This document shows positions 10,346 to 22,335 of a DNA stretch of 64,000 bases, piece by piece (the first letter of the stretch is position 1; the number at the start of each line of letters is the position of its first letter). The notes beneath the pieces were generated by a model. That model ran no database searches. It worked only from the letters and a program-made list of their open reading frames with translations, and had not been told where the DNA came from. The DNA lies in assembly GCA_048013815.1 (NCBI GenBank), contig CM106585.1:4402001-4466000 (forward strand), written 5' to 3'. The position numbers and the translations under genes are program-made. This DNA comes from Setoptus koraiensis (Eukaryota; Animalia; Arthropoda).

Positions 10346-13300
10346 CTAAGCGAGATAGAGAAAAAGCAAGATGTTGATAGGAACAGGGAGCAGATAAACA
10401 AGAAAACATTGATTAATAATTGGTAGAAAGTTTGTGTGCAATTAATTCATTTCGACCTTTGCGCCATCAGGCTGCATGGGGTAGATTTGTGTTTGAATAA
10501 ACAAGTTTTTCCAATAAACTTGCCGGCCTGCAAACGTGCCGGCAAGCCGAGCATGTCCCAGCACTCAGGTGAGCCAGAAAGAAACAAACAAACAATCAGA
10601 CAATCAAGCAAGCAAACAAACGAACAAACAAACTAACTCCTCTCCAGAGTGTTTATCTGAATTCTGTTTGATGATGAAAAAGCGCTTAGGTTTTTGCGAG
10701 ACACACTTTATATCTGGTGCACTTGTGCACTTGATCTTGACAAACGATAAAAGCGCCCCTCGGGGAGGGGCCAAAAGAACACGATTAGACAAACAGTCCA
10801 ATAAGCTAATCTTTGCTTATACAACAGCAACTAGCTCACTTTGTCCCTCCGCCAACCACTCCCCGGCGCCGAGCACTAATAAAGCACTTGTGATAACTTG
10901 GTATCTTTTGCCCGAGAAACACGCTGTCTTGTGTGTTTGCGGGACGTGTCTCGGGCCGGCATGTTGCGCATCTGATACTCGCAGATAATAAAATCCCGAG
11001 CCCCATCGCCAGAGTAGCCAAGAGGCTGCCAATGGAAATTAAGTTGCCGTCCCGAGCCATGCTCATACTAAATAATACTATATTATATAATCCATCTTGT
11101 GTTGCATTATTCCATATAATATTATGGTGTCACTGCGAGACGTTGTGCCCGCTGGCTAGATCGTTGATCAAGTTGGTCGCGATAAGTGGGCGACTTTTGC
11201 ACGAGCTGCCTCAGTGGACTCGTGCTTTCATTTGCATCGGGGGATATGCGCGCTCATTATGTCATTTTGTTACTGCCACCTGAGGTTGTAAGAGCGCGCT
11301 AAAAAACAGCCGCTCCAACTACTCAACTACAGCATAGATTCCATAGCATTTGCTTGGACGAACCACGACAACGATCTCATAACTCCGCGCCACTCTCAAT
11401 GAGATTCTCGTCATGCCGCTAATTAGCGACCGATCGGCATGCTCAATTAACCAACTAATCAGTCAAACTAGTTTCTCTCAGTCTATTGTGGCATGCCGGT
11501 CGACTGGCGGTGAACCAGTCACCCAATAGCACATGGCGCCACTCGAAGTGCTTCGGGACCGCCATTGTTATTATTGCATGGCCATCATTATGAGCCCGTG
11601 CTTGTTTGGGCCCCAAATTTGGGCCCCAAACTGATTGCAGCCAGGTGCAGTTGGAGCGATAACAAAAACTGCTTGCTATTTTTGCTCAATCCATCTCGGA
11701 CGCACCCTCTACTAGAGAGTATCTAGTCTCTCCATAGCTGCAAGGAGTAGAGCTCGCTCTGGCTTTCTGAGCTGCCCCCGTAAGGGCCCCGTGGCTCGAA
11801 ATCGGCAGTTTACACCGGGCCACTGACAACATTGTGAGAGCACCCCAACTCGGATAGAATTTTCAAAGTTTCTCAAAGTTTGCCGAGTTCGCGAGCCCAG
11901 CTCGCTAAGGTATGGCGATTTGCTGGACCAGTTTGTGGGGCCCCAAACGCGGGTTATTTTGTGGGCCCCAAACGTGGGCCAATGATAAAAGGGCGACGAG
12001 CGAAACACTTATGATGAGCAACCCACCAAAACCAGCAATCAGAGGTCGGTACCTGGGGCCAATTTTAAGCCGTGACTGCAGCGATTCTCAGAGAGAGAGA
12101 GAGAGAGCTCTGTTGGTCGTGCGAGTTTGTTGGGCCGCAGACAAACAAACATTGACTTTTCCATTGAAGTCAGGGGTGTTCCGAAAGATCTATATCGGGC
12201 CTATCTTTATGGCAACTTTGTCAATAGGCAAGCTCGGCCCGACTAGCTAATGAGCCAGCCAGTCGCCACTGTGTGACATGCTCATTAACTGGATCTGGCT
12301 AACGGATATTCATTATGGATCATTAGATACCGGGGAGTGTTGCGTTTGTTTGCAATGGTTACACCATTCAACTGATATCATCAAGTGGAGTGCGGATGAT
12401 TAGGGCCCGCAACAAAAGTCATGTTGTTTCCTCTTAGACGGCTCCACTTTGAGACGATCGCCGTAATTGAATTGGCCACCGCTGATACACACCTATGAGT
12501 CATAGGCTATGACCCGCATAGGCGGCTCGCGAGGGTCCGCTCAGGGGGCCCCGAAAGGCTCTCAGGCCAAAAATCGGCTCAGCCGTAAGCGCTGGTCTCG
12601 CCGGCCGAGATTATCTGGTGTGTATGAGAGGTATTTTTTCCGTGCATTAGCTTGCCGTCGCGATGGGCCCCCAAGAGCTGGCCGGCAAATTAGCCGATGG
12701 TCTTCGGTATTGGGTTGTACTGGCTATTTTTGCAAATGTCGTTCGTTGCTCTCAATGACAATAATGCTCAATGTCAAAGTACAAAGTCCGCTGTCCGTCT
12801 TAAAAGCCCGCCCCCCTCTAATCCGCACTCCGGCGGGCCCAGCTCGCCCTGAGTGACTTGTCGGGCGGCCCAGCAGGGCAGCACTGATTTAGAGAGAATT
12901 AGAGAGGAGAAAAAATCTATCTAATGATGATGAGTTATAGCGGTTTGCGCTGCGAGAGTGGCGGCACGGTGTCTCGAAATCGCCAAGCAGCGCGTTGTCA
13001 ATGAACTCTCGGTGTCGGTCGGCTTCGAAGCCGTCCAGTCGGGCCGGCTTCGAAACGGCGCACTCTTTGTCGGTTGGCAAGTTAATTCCGACAAAATACG
13101 ACCACTATCTATCGGTAACAAAGCGCGTTTCGTTGGTTGCGGGGCATAGATGGATAGATACTATCTATTGGATAGGCGCACCAGAGATAGCTGCACCGAT
13201 TACAGTTGCCGGCGCGCCAGTGTAATTATCGCCAGACACCTCGCCCGGAGCATTAGGGATGTTGTGAGCGTTTTATTATGCACAAACAGCGCGGCTCCTG

Positions 13301-13480
13301 GGGGCTCCAGGGTCAACAGACTGGCGCCCGTGTCCAAGTGGGCCCCTCCGAACCATTGGTGCTTCGCAATGCTATCGCAAGCCTCGATAATCGAGGGCCG
13401 CGAGGCGACAATATAGAAACTATAGTGAGCGAGCGATAATATGGATGCGATAATATAGAAAGATAGCAGCGTGTACTTAC

Positions 13481-13999
13481 CATTGGGCGAGCGGCAACAA
13501 GGTCAAAATGATGCTCTCCTCCAGGGAATTCTGTTCTATTTGGGGGCCCAATTTAACTCTGGCAAATATGGCGTATAGGGGCGCCCATGAGAGCACAAAT
13601 ATGACCACCACCACGAGCATCATTTTGACCACTTTTAATTTGGACTTTTGCATTATCAATTCAATTTTTAGACCTTTGGGCCTGTCGCCGGGTATGTTGC
13701 GGCGCCATATTTTGTACCATATACCAATATAACAAATGGTGATCACTAATAATGGAAACAGGTAACACAATATTAAATTGGCACAAATAAAATATATTGT
13801 GTCCATCTGTTGGTCTGGCCAGCGTTCCTCGCACAACAATATTGGCTCGGGCCAATGCTCCGATTGATACGGCTCCAAGGTGAAAAACATGGCCCACGGC
13901 ATGGCGATAGTGGACGAGAATAGCCAAATAATGAATATCGTCCATCTTGCGCCCCTCCTCGACATGTGCCAATCCAGGGGAAAGCAAATAGCCAAAAAT
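13481..13999 (-). CDS. SIFaR: SIFamide receptor exon 3 (ICL2 to start of TM7)
   Basis: ccAG|A completes the DRF motif (DRFLAICFP). Encodes TM4, CEERWP, TM5, KVVKMMLVVVVIFVLSWAPLY (TM6). Donor TG|GTAAGT. 519 nt, phases 2/2. Confidence 0.95.
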
Positions 14000-16365
14000 C
14001 TGGCGATGCGAGATTGTTGATTGTTTGTTTGCGTATTAGTGGCCCCATAATGCCCATGATGCCCATTGAACAGGATGGCGCCCCATTCCACGAAGCGCGG
14101 GCGTCGTTGCCAATAGGTGCAAATTGGCAACAATTGTCGTCGTCGTCGTCGTCGTCGGCGTCGGCGTATTTGTTTGTTGGTTGATGTTTTGCACGAGTGT
14201 TTCGCAAATTGGCCATTCATTATGATTCAATATTGATGTTGTTCGCAAATATTTGCCAACAGCACAACAATAACAACAATATTACGAGCCGTGCCAGCGC
14301 GTCAAATGGGCCAATGGGGAAATGAGACATGAGAAATTAAGACATGAGTATATTAGTTGATATTTGTTGTTATCATTCGAGTCGATCGTTGGGCGTTCGC
14401 TTCCGCGCTCGCCCAGCCAGCTCGCCAAGGAAGCTCGCCCAGCCAGCTCGCGTCTTCAGGCGCCTCTCTCGTCCCTAAATATAGCAACACAAAATTTGGC
14501 TGGCCCATGAATAAAAGTCGCAAATATCGCATATATTTAGCTGTGTTCAGTTGGGGCCCGGCCGAGGCCCGGGTAACTCGATATCGGCTTGCACGCAGGC
14601 GGCCTCGCGGGCTCTTGCAGGCGGTTTTGCGGGCTCTTGCAGGGGCCCACGTGAGGCGTTTTATGCGAGTCGCCGTTGGAAATTGTTTGTAATAAAATCC
14701 GCCGGCGCATGTAGCGCCCCATGTCAGCCAAAATCAAAGCCCAGCTACTACATGAGACTACAACTGTGGATGACCATTAGGCCGGCCACTTGACAAACAC
14801 AAGGCCCGATATTGAGTGAGCGGGGGTCATCATTAATGACCGTTGTAAACAGTGTTTAAAATAAAAGTTGTTGCTGTTCCACTTTGTTTGTTGCTTTTAG
14901 CCACTCTGATTTTCGCTGGCTGCCACTGGCAAGCCAGCGAACACAGGATCATTTGCATAATAGTTCGTTGAACCAGCCGATGGTAGCCAGATAGTGAGAG
15001 ACACTCTGAGAGTGAGAGAGACCTCACAAACAGCGTGACAGAGCCTCACAGGGGCCCCAATCGAGCAGAGGTCAATCCACCTAAACGCATAGACTAACTA
15101 ATCTAATAATACAACTCACTCGTGGTTTGCCTTTGCCGCCGCTGATGAACTCCCATTGGTCTGGCCAACTGTCTTTGCATCTTTGCGTATCTGGCCTGCT
15201 GTACGATAAACTGTTGTTCGCGTACATGTCCCGCTGCTCGCCTTGTGGGGCCAGAGCCTTGCGGGGCCCTTTGTGTGCACGGGGGCCCCACAAGCAGATA
15301 TAGCGTGCCTAGGCGTCATAGTTGATTGTTCGGCGCCTCTCTGGGCCGTGCATGTCATTTAGCATTCGGGTGAGCTTGTGTTTGTTAATAGTTGTTGCCA
15401 GTTGCCGCCGAATCCAAATGATCCGAATCTCTTTATCTCTCTCATGCATGCTTTCCATGATTGATGGTGTCCCCGGCACACACGCACACACACACACATA
15501 CTAGCACAAGTGCCGGCTCTTCGATGCTGATGTAATTAACACTTAAACGGGGGGCCCGACGGCGCAGCGGAAGGTCAACTAACCGAGCGGGCTACCGAGC
15601 GACGGGGCCCGCCGGCGGCCGGCCCGACAGCCCAGCAGCATAACAGCCCAGCAGCATAACAGTGAGGCGGCCCGAGCAATAACCAATTACATGACAACAA
15701 TGAACTTGATGGCTGGCAGACGGCGCAAGAAGCCAACGGCTTATTGTCGCAACGGCTTATTGTCGAGCCAGCAACTAACTATAGCTAAAATAATAAAACG
15801 CCGGCCCCATTTTTGTTGTGCGCGGCGCTGCGTGGCGTGGCGTTTTTAGCTGCGGTTGCGCGTCTGACATTTGATAATTGCCCCGGGCTAATGCTCGACA
15901 CTTTGGCCACATTCGAGTTCAATTGCCGCCACTCATGCCCACCAGTTGGCATGGCAACTGGCCGGGCCGGTTGTAACGGTTTGTTTGCCGGCCCGGCCCG
16001 GCCGATTGTCGCTGCTCGGTGGCTCCCAATTGTTCTCTGAATATTATTGTCTGAATTGTCTGACTTGTCTGACTTATTATTGTCGCCAATGTTGGCTGCC
16101 GTGCCATGGATAGTTACAGCGAGTCATGCGATGTTTAAAATTAATATCATCAGTCGGCCACCTACTAATGATAATAATGATAATCTAATAGTCGGCCACC
16201 GTTAACCGCCCGCTCTTGCCATTTCGGCTTAGCCAATTTGCAAATTTGCATATTCAATGCGATCATCATCTTGACATCATCTGTGTGTGAGCGGGGGGGG
16301 CCTCATTACCAAACTACGCTACCTATCTCTGTCATGTGCGACCGGCCTGACATTTGCTCGCCTGG

Positions 16366-16402
16366 GCCGCTATATCTGGCACCTTGCGCCAGATATAGCG
16401 GC
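16366..16402. repeat. Perfect inverted repeat, 15-bp arms, 7-nt loop
   Basis: GCCGCTATATCTGGC accttgc GCCAGATATAGCGGC. Confidence 0.9.
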
Positions 16403-16953
16403 GGCCAGATGAGGGGCCCGGATAAACGGGGGGCTGCCAGACAGACGGGCGGCGAGATAGAGCAGTGGAGCGGTTGCACAAACAAGCCCGAGATGCCCCT
16501 GGGTGCCGCTAATATTGTTGTCAGAGGGGCCGCTTGGCGTGCATCAGTCACGTAGCGCGGGCCAAATTATAAATGCGTCAATGGTCGCTCGTGCCGCTCG
16601 CGGACACTCGGATCAGAGATGATTGGCCGCGTCGCTGGGGCTCCCCATGCGAATGGTCGCCTCTCCGTCGGGCCGTCGTCGGCCGCTTCGTTGGGCCGTC
16701 GTCGGCTTTTGCGTGGGGCCGCGTTCGGTCGGCGGCGGCGGCGTGCAATTGGCGGGACACTACTCAGCTAATGAACTGCCGCATTGGCGCTCATTAGGCG
16801 CCCCGATGAATGGCGAGCGCGGCTCGGCGAGTAACCAACCGAACCGAGCCGCGCCGCGCCGAACCGCACCGGACCGCATCGAGCCGAAGATAGTGGCCGC
16901 GTGCCGCGCGCCAATCTAGAGGCGAAACGCGCGCATTCAAGTCATTCCAAGCG

Positions 16954-17453
16954 NNNNNNNNNNNNNNNNNNNNNNNNNNNNNNNNNNNNNNNNNNNNNNN
17001 NNNNNNNNNNNNNNNNNNNNNNNNNNNNNNNNNNNNNNNNNNNNNNNNNNNNNNNNNNNNNNNNNNNNNNNNNNNNNNNNNNNNNNNNNNNNNNNNNNNN
17101 NNNNNNNNNNNNNNNNNNNNNNNNNNNNNNNNNNNNNNNNNNNNNNNNNNNNNNNNNNNNNNNNNNNNNNNNNNNNNNNNNNNNNNNNNNNNNNNNNNNN
17201 NNNNNNNNNNNNNNNNNNNNNNNNNNNNNNNNNNNNNNNNNNNNNNNNNNNNNNNNNNNNNNNNNNNNNNNNNNNNNNNNNNNNNNNNNNNNNNNNNNNN
17301 NNNNNNNNNNNNNNNNNNNNNNNNNNNNNNNNNNNNNNNNNNNNNNNNNNNNNNNNNNNNNNNNNNNNNNNNNNNNNNNNNNNNNNNNNNNNNNNNNNNN
17401 NNNNNNNNNNNNNNNNNNNNNNNNNNNNNNNNNNNNNNNNNNNNNNNNNNNNN
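16954..17453. other. Assembly gap of exactly 500 N inside SIFaR intron 2
   Basis: Run of n; the round length suggests a placeholder size. Flanked by GC-rich pentamer repeats on the left and (GT)n on the right. Confidence 0.99.
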
Positions 17454-20297
17454 CCACCTGAATGGAGCCAGATTCACGGTGATTCCCATTTACCGTGTCA
17501 AAGAGTGTGTGTGTGTGTGCGTGGGTTCAAGCTAATGCACCGACGCAACTACAAATATCCCATGCTGATAATTAATAAAGGCCCCGTCCATTCATCATCA
17601 CCGGCCCGACGTCACCGGCCCGACGAGCGCGGCTTGCATCATTAACGGTTGGCTTGTGCCCATCGCTCGCTGGCCGCGATGCCGGCTGCAAGGCGGCGAT
17701 GATCTAACGGTATTGTAACGGTGCGCACTCACGATCGGGCCTCGATTTCACTGCTCCCTTGGCCCCCCCAAATCTCGTTTGGGACGCACTTGCGCTTCAG
17801 ACAATGCACCGACAGCGGCAGCCACGACAACAACAACAGCAGCAACAACAACAGCCACAACAACATCACCGACAGTGCCGACAACGGCGAGGGCGGCGAC
17901 CCAGCACAAACGATGCACGGCGAGTCACTGATTCGTGCGGCCAGCGCGCAGCGGGATTATGCAACCAAAAAAGTGAGAGGTCAATGGCCATCTACATAAA
18001 TCGTGGCAGGCAATAGAGATGCCAACTTCGAATGAGCGACTTCGAACGGGCAGCTTCGAACGGGCAACTTGGAACGGGACAGAGGGGCCCCTCCCCCGAA
18101 CGCAACGCACAATGGTGCGTTGCATGATGACACAAACAAGTCGCGAGCAATCTAGGCAAGCGGAACAATGTATGCAACAACTGTTGTTGCGTGCTTGTGA
18201 TTGATATTTAATAAAAACTTGTGTCATTTCGATCACACTCGCTGCATCGATCAAACTTTGATATTATCCCATCGGCTGGTATCGCGCTAACGTGCTCACT
18301 TATGATGCATAATGGCAGCGTTGCACGCTCCAATTCGAATTCAGACACAATATATGAAATTAGATTCACAAACTGATACTTTGCATCTAGCGCGCTGTGC
18401 CTCTCTGGCCAGCAACGCCGGTCACTCGCACATCACTGACCAGTGACTCAGTCCGACTGACCTCTCACTCAACTCTGACCGCTCGGCCAATCGCTTGCGT
18501 AAATGTCGATTGTTGCAGCGGCGCCACTGTGACCTGACCGAAATGCTTAAAATGTTTCTCACCTTACAGTATAATGTTTATAATACTCAAAGTACAGTAT
18601 AATGTAATACTCAAAGGCTCTTACACAATCGGGCCGGATAACAAGTGCACACAACAAAAGTTCAATGGCGATGCTGCCATTCAATAACGACTCGCCAGAG
18701 CTCACTTATATTGTAATGATAGATGGACAATTCTGGCTCGAACGAGAATCGCATCATTTGATTTCACGCCTCAATGGGTGCTACCACTGGCCGGCTGGCA
18801 AGCTACTTGGCGAGCGAGTTGCAACAAACAAGCTATCAGCACGGACGTGTCGCCGGATAGAAGTGCTTCCGATAGAGCGCTGCGTGTGTGTGCTGTCGGT
18901 ATTGGGCTGTAAGTGTCCAATCTGAATTTAATACAAACAATAGACAGGCTTTTATATATTGCCTATTGTATATATAGTATTAGTGGTGTATATTATATAT
19001 TACATAATATTGGACAGTGGACAGATATTGGTCAGATGAGTGCGGCCAATTGTGCGATAACAGATAACAAAACGATTCGATTTTGTGGGCAACGTGATTC
19101 CAATCTAAAGCGCACTTTTTCCATCCATTATTTTTGTTTCAGTTCAGCGCCATAAGCTTGCCATTTTTAAATCGTCGACAGCATTTTAAATCCGGCCACC
19201 AGCGACAGCATAACGCGGCGGCGGCACGTACAACACTAATGGCTGCCGTGAGGCCGCCGAAATATTGTTTTTGTTGGCATTGTCAAGTGTTGGCGAGCGA
19301 AATGAAAGAACTGACCCGTTTATCATTCGCCATACTATGCTTAAATGGCCCCCCCCCTCCCCGACTCTGTACACGATGCCTGATAGCAAGACATATGTGT
19401 GATCTAGTGGCCGACTGGTGCGGCCACCATGCAATCAACGGCCCACGTTGACCAGGCACTAAAAGCACTGAAAGGTAAATGAGGTGCTTGACCTCGGCTG
19501 ACATTGAACTTGAACTTTTAATTGATCAATAAAAATCATCTGGCGCTTTTGTCTTGGAATGAAATGAACGGGCACTGACAATGAAGAAAATCCAAGAAAA
19601 CACTAGCTAGTTCGTTAATGCAAACAATTGTTAGTGTGTGCTGATTACGTGTTACGTAACTTGCACGTAGTGTAGTAACACTTGTCTCCACGAACACCAT
19701 GTAACAAGCTCAGGTGAGCCCGGTCTAACGGTTTCTGTAGTGGTCAGTGGTGTCGATGGAACGGTGTGCCTACGTGACGTCGTGTGTCCATCACCAGTGC
19801 CCATGCTTTCAATAAGGCCCGGGAGCGGCGTCTCATATGAAGGCTAATTGTTTTCATGGAAAAAAATGGCCTTCGATGGGCGAAAAGTTGACTTTTTCAG
19901 TTTGCGCCGCTTTTTCATCTCGATTTCGAGTGACGCTCGAAAATATGCGCACTGTAGCGAATGCTCTCCCTGTTGGTTCGTGCGTTCACATTTGCGAGCA
20001 CAAACGCTCATCATGGAGCAGAAATTTATCGCCAGCTCCCGTCGTCGCGAAGGACAAAAAAACACTTATCAGCAATTTTTAGTAGAATGATTTCCGGTAT
20101 TCAGCTATAGAAAATCACTGATTGTTATTTCGCAAACAAAAAATGCTTCACAAGCAGAGGTTTCGGTTTTCATTTCCTCACATATTAATTTTTCTATCTT
20201 GTGTTTTGATAAGAAAAATCGCTCTCTGCTAGCACCAAAACTCAAGAAAAAGCTTCGCAGTACATAAATGGACAATATAGATATATGTCTGACTTAC

Positions 20298-20397
20298 CTG
20301 TCCAATGTAACGGCCACCATTGTGTTTATAGATGCGCTAACAGCCACTCCTTGCAAGTAAGACACAATTTTACATACGAACAATCCGAGCAAATAAG
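20298..20397 (-). CDS. SIFaR: SIFamide receptor exon 2 (ECL1 and TM3), 100 nt, absent from the ORF track
   Basis: tttgcAG|CT TAT TTG... translates (P)YLLGLFVCKIVSYLQGVAVSASINTMVAVTLD(R). Donor AG|GTAAGT. Phases 1/2 fit exons 1 and 3 exactly. Confidence 0.93.
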
Positions 20398-22303
20398 CTG
20401 CAAATCATTGTAAACAGTTGGTACAAGTAGATGATTGTGTCGTCATGGTAACCATTGGGTTTGTTGATTCAGTCAAAGTTCATCCAGACACGGCACCGAG
20501 CAATAGAAAATAGGTGTAGATAGAATAGAAAAAAAAATTGTAAGTGTTAGTCGCTTTGCAAGTTAATAAGTTGCAGTTCAAATTGGCAGAGTTTGTCAGA
20601 GATTGGCAGAGATAGATTCAATCGAAACGAATCATCGTCTTCGTCACGGCACGCGGTCATTGAGATCGGAAACCTTTGTTATCAATCCCATTGGACGCGA
20701 TGATGGGTTTTCCATTTATCCATTCGGAGCGCTTTATCTTGGCTGGCGAGCCAGCCGATTGTATTGTTGACGCTATTGCGTGGGCATTCATAGTAAATTC
20801 AATAAATGTCCGTAGAGTAACGAAAAAGAGAATAAAAAACTCACACCGACGCCTCTGGCGGACAATTATTGAGCTTTCAGCGAGCCGTACATTTTTAACT
20901 GTTTCCTTTTGTGGTATTTTAATCAGCTCTATAGAATTTCGCACTCCCTGCAGCTTGGCCACCCGATTTCTGAGCTGACTGCGTGTTCGCAGTTTCGCCC
21001 TAACCGTTTCACCTTATCCGTTTGCTTTAGTTTCGTGTTAACATAAATTTACTCTCGGCAACAGCAAGCAAGTTGGCGAATTTGAAGAAGAAAAAAAAAC
21101 AGTATACAGAAAAATCGGGTTCTCTCTGGGCTTTATTTCACGGTTTACGTGGCCAGATGTTTCTGTTGGATTCATGTCTGACATGGCTGAATTTCAGTGA
21201 AAATCCGACACGCAACAATATCTGGACGGCCGGATTCGTGTTTCGTTTACACCTCAGAGTGGGGGGTTTTAAAGCTGCTGAATAAACCGAATTATAATAT
21301 TATTTGCAGCAGACGAGAGAGTGAGCCGATTTGAATACGATTTGGCTCAAATTATCTGGGGCGCCTGAAACAGCAGTCAGCACGTCAGCCGCTGAAAGTA
21401 TCTGAACCATGAGATCGTGCAACAATATCTGCATGTGACATTCGCCTGAGATATCGTCATCATCAAGTGAGCGAAAACGGGCGAAATTTGTTTGACACTT
21501 CCGACGCGCGGCGTCAATCTACATCTACGGTTGCGAATCGCGATCGATTAGAAACTGAGCGCGGATCAATAACTCGACAAGCATCGCCACAGGTGACATC
21601 ACCGAAAATAGACAAACAATAAGCCTGGCACAATCAATATCTCGGACGTTATTTATACCTGGCATGTTGTCGCATATCGTTTCGCTGGCGCGATGCACCG
21701 ACGCAATTTCAACGCAATCAGTCCCATTGTTTCGCATGACATCTCTGTTGATGTCCAAATGCGCCATGGTCACTATCGTCGATGCCAATTTATTGGTCGG
21801 CACGGCCAACCAATAATACATTCGGAAGCCATTTCTAATGCGCCAGAAATAGCCAACGGATCTGTGTGTGTCGTAAATGGGCGCCGGCGACATAAAAACG
21901 CGGTTTGCGCGTTTGGTTTTTGCGTCAGAAGCAAATCGTAAACGTTGACTTGGCAGATTCTTTGGATAATGCAACAATGTGTATCTTGCATATATATATA
22001 TATATATTTGTTTCGACCAATATAAAAGTTGCGTAAAATCAAAAAACAAACTTGTGCGCCCCTGGTGGGGGCTGGGGGCCCAACTGTGAGCAACAACTGT
22101 GAACAAGCTAGCTGTATCGTCGAGTGACACTAAACACGAAATGGCTAACGAGCGTTGCACTTGACACACTTGGACATGACTTAACAATAATGATGACATA
22201 ATGACGCCCAAGTGTGTAGCGTGTGTAGGTGTGTGTCTGTTGACCTTGAGGCGACACTGTGACAAGATTGTGCGATGTTGTTGTTGGCCAGCATCTATGT
22301 CGA

Positions 22304-22334
<31 letters not shown>

Positions 22335-22335
22335 G
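22304..22335. repeat. (TGT)n microsatellite
   Basis: About 10 perfect trinucleotide units. Confidence 0.9.

Noticed and set aside
4814-10426. Short antisense ORFs inside the BTB, mS38-fusion and SIFaR exon 4 CDSs
   Set aside because: Shadow frames of real coding sequence and triplet repeats.
10666-10745. C/D snoRNA-like layout (GTTTG-ATGATGA...TTGA-CAAAC)
   Set aside because: The D box is TTGA, not CTGA, and it is antisense to the host intron.
13020-13033. 14-bp perfect palindromes CGGCTTCGAAGCCG and TCTCACTAGTGAGA (27000-27013)
   Set aside because: About 4 such 7-bp-arm palindromes are expected by chance in 64 kb.
16794-17489. ORFs spanning the N run
   Set aside because: Artefacts of the assembly gap.
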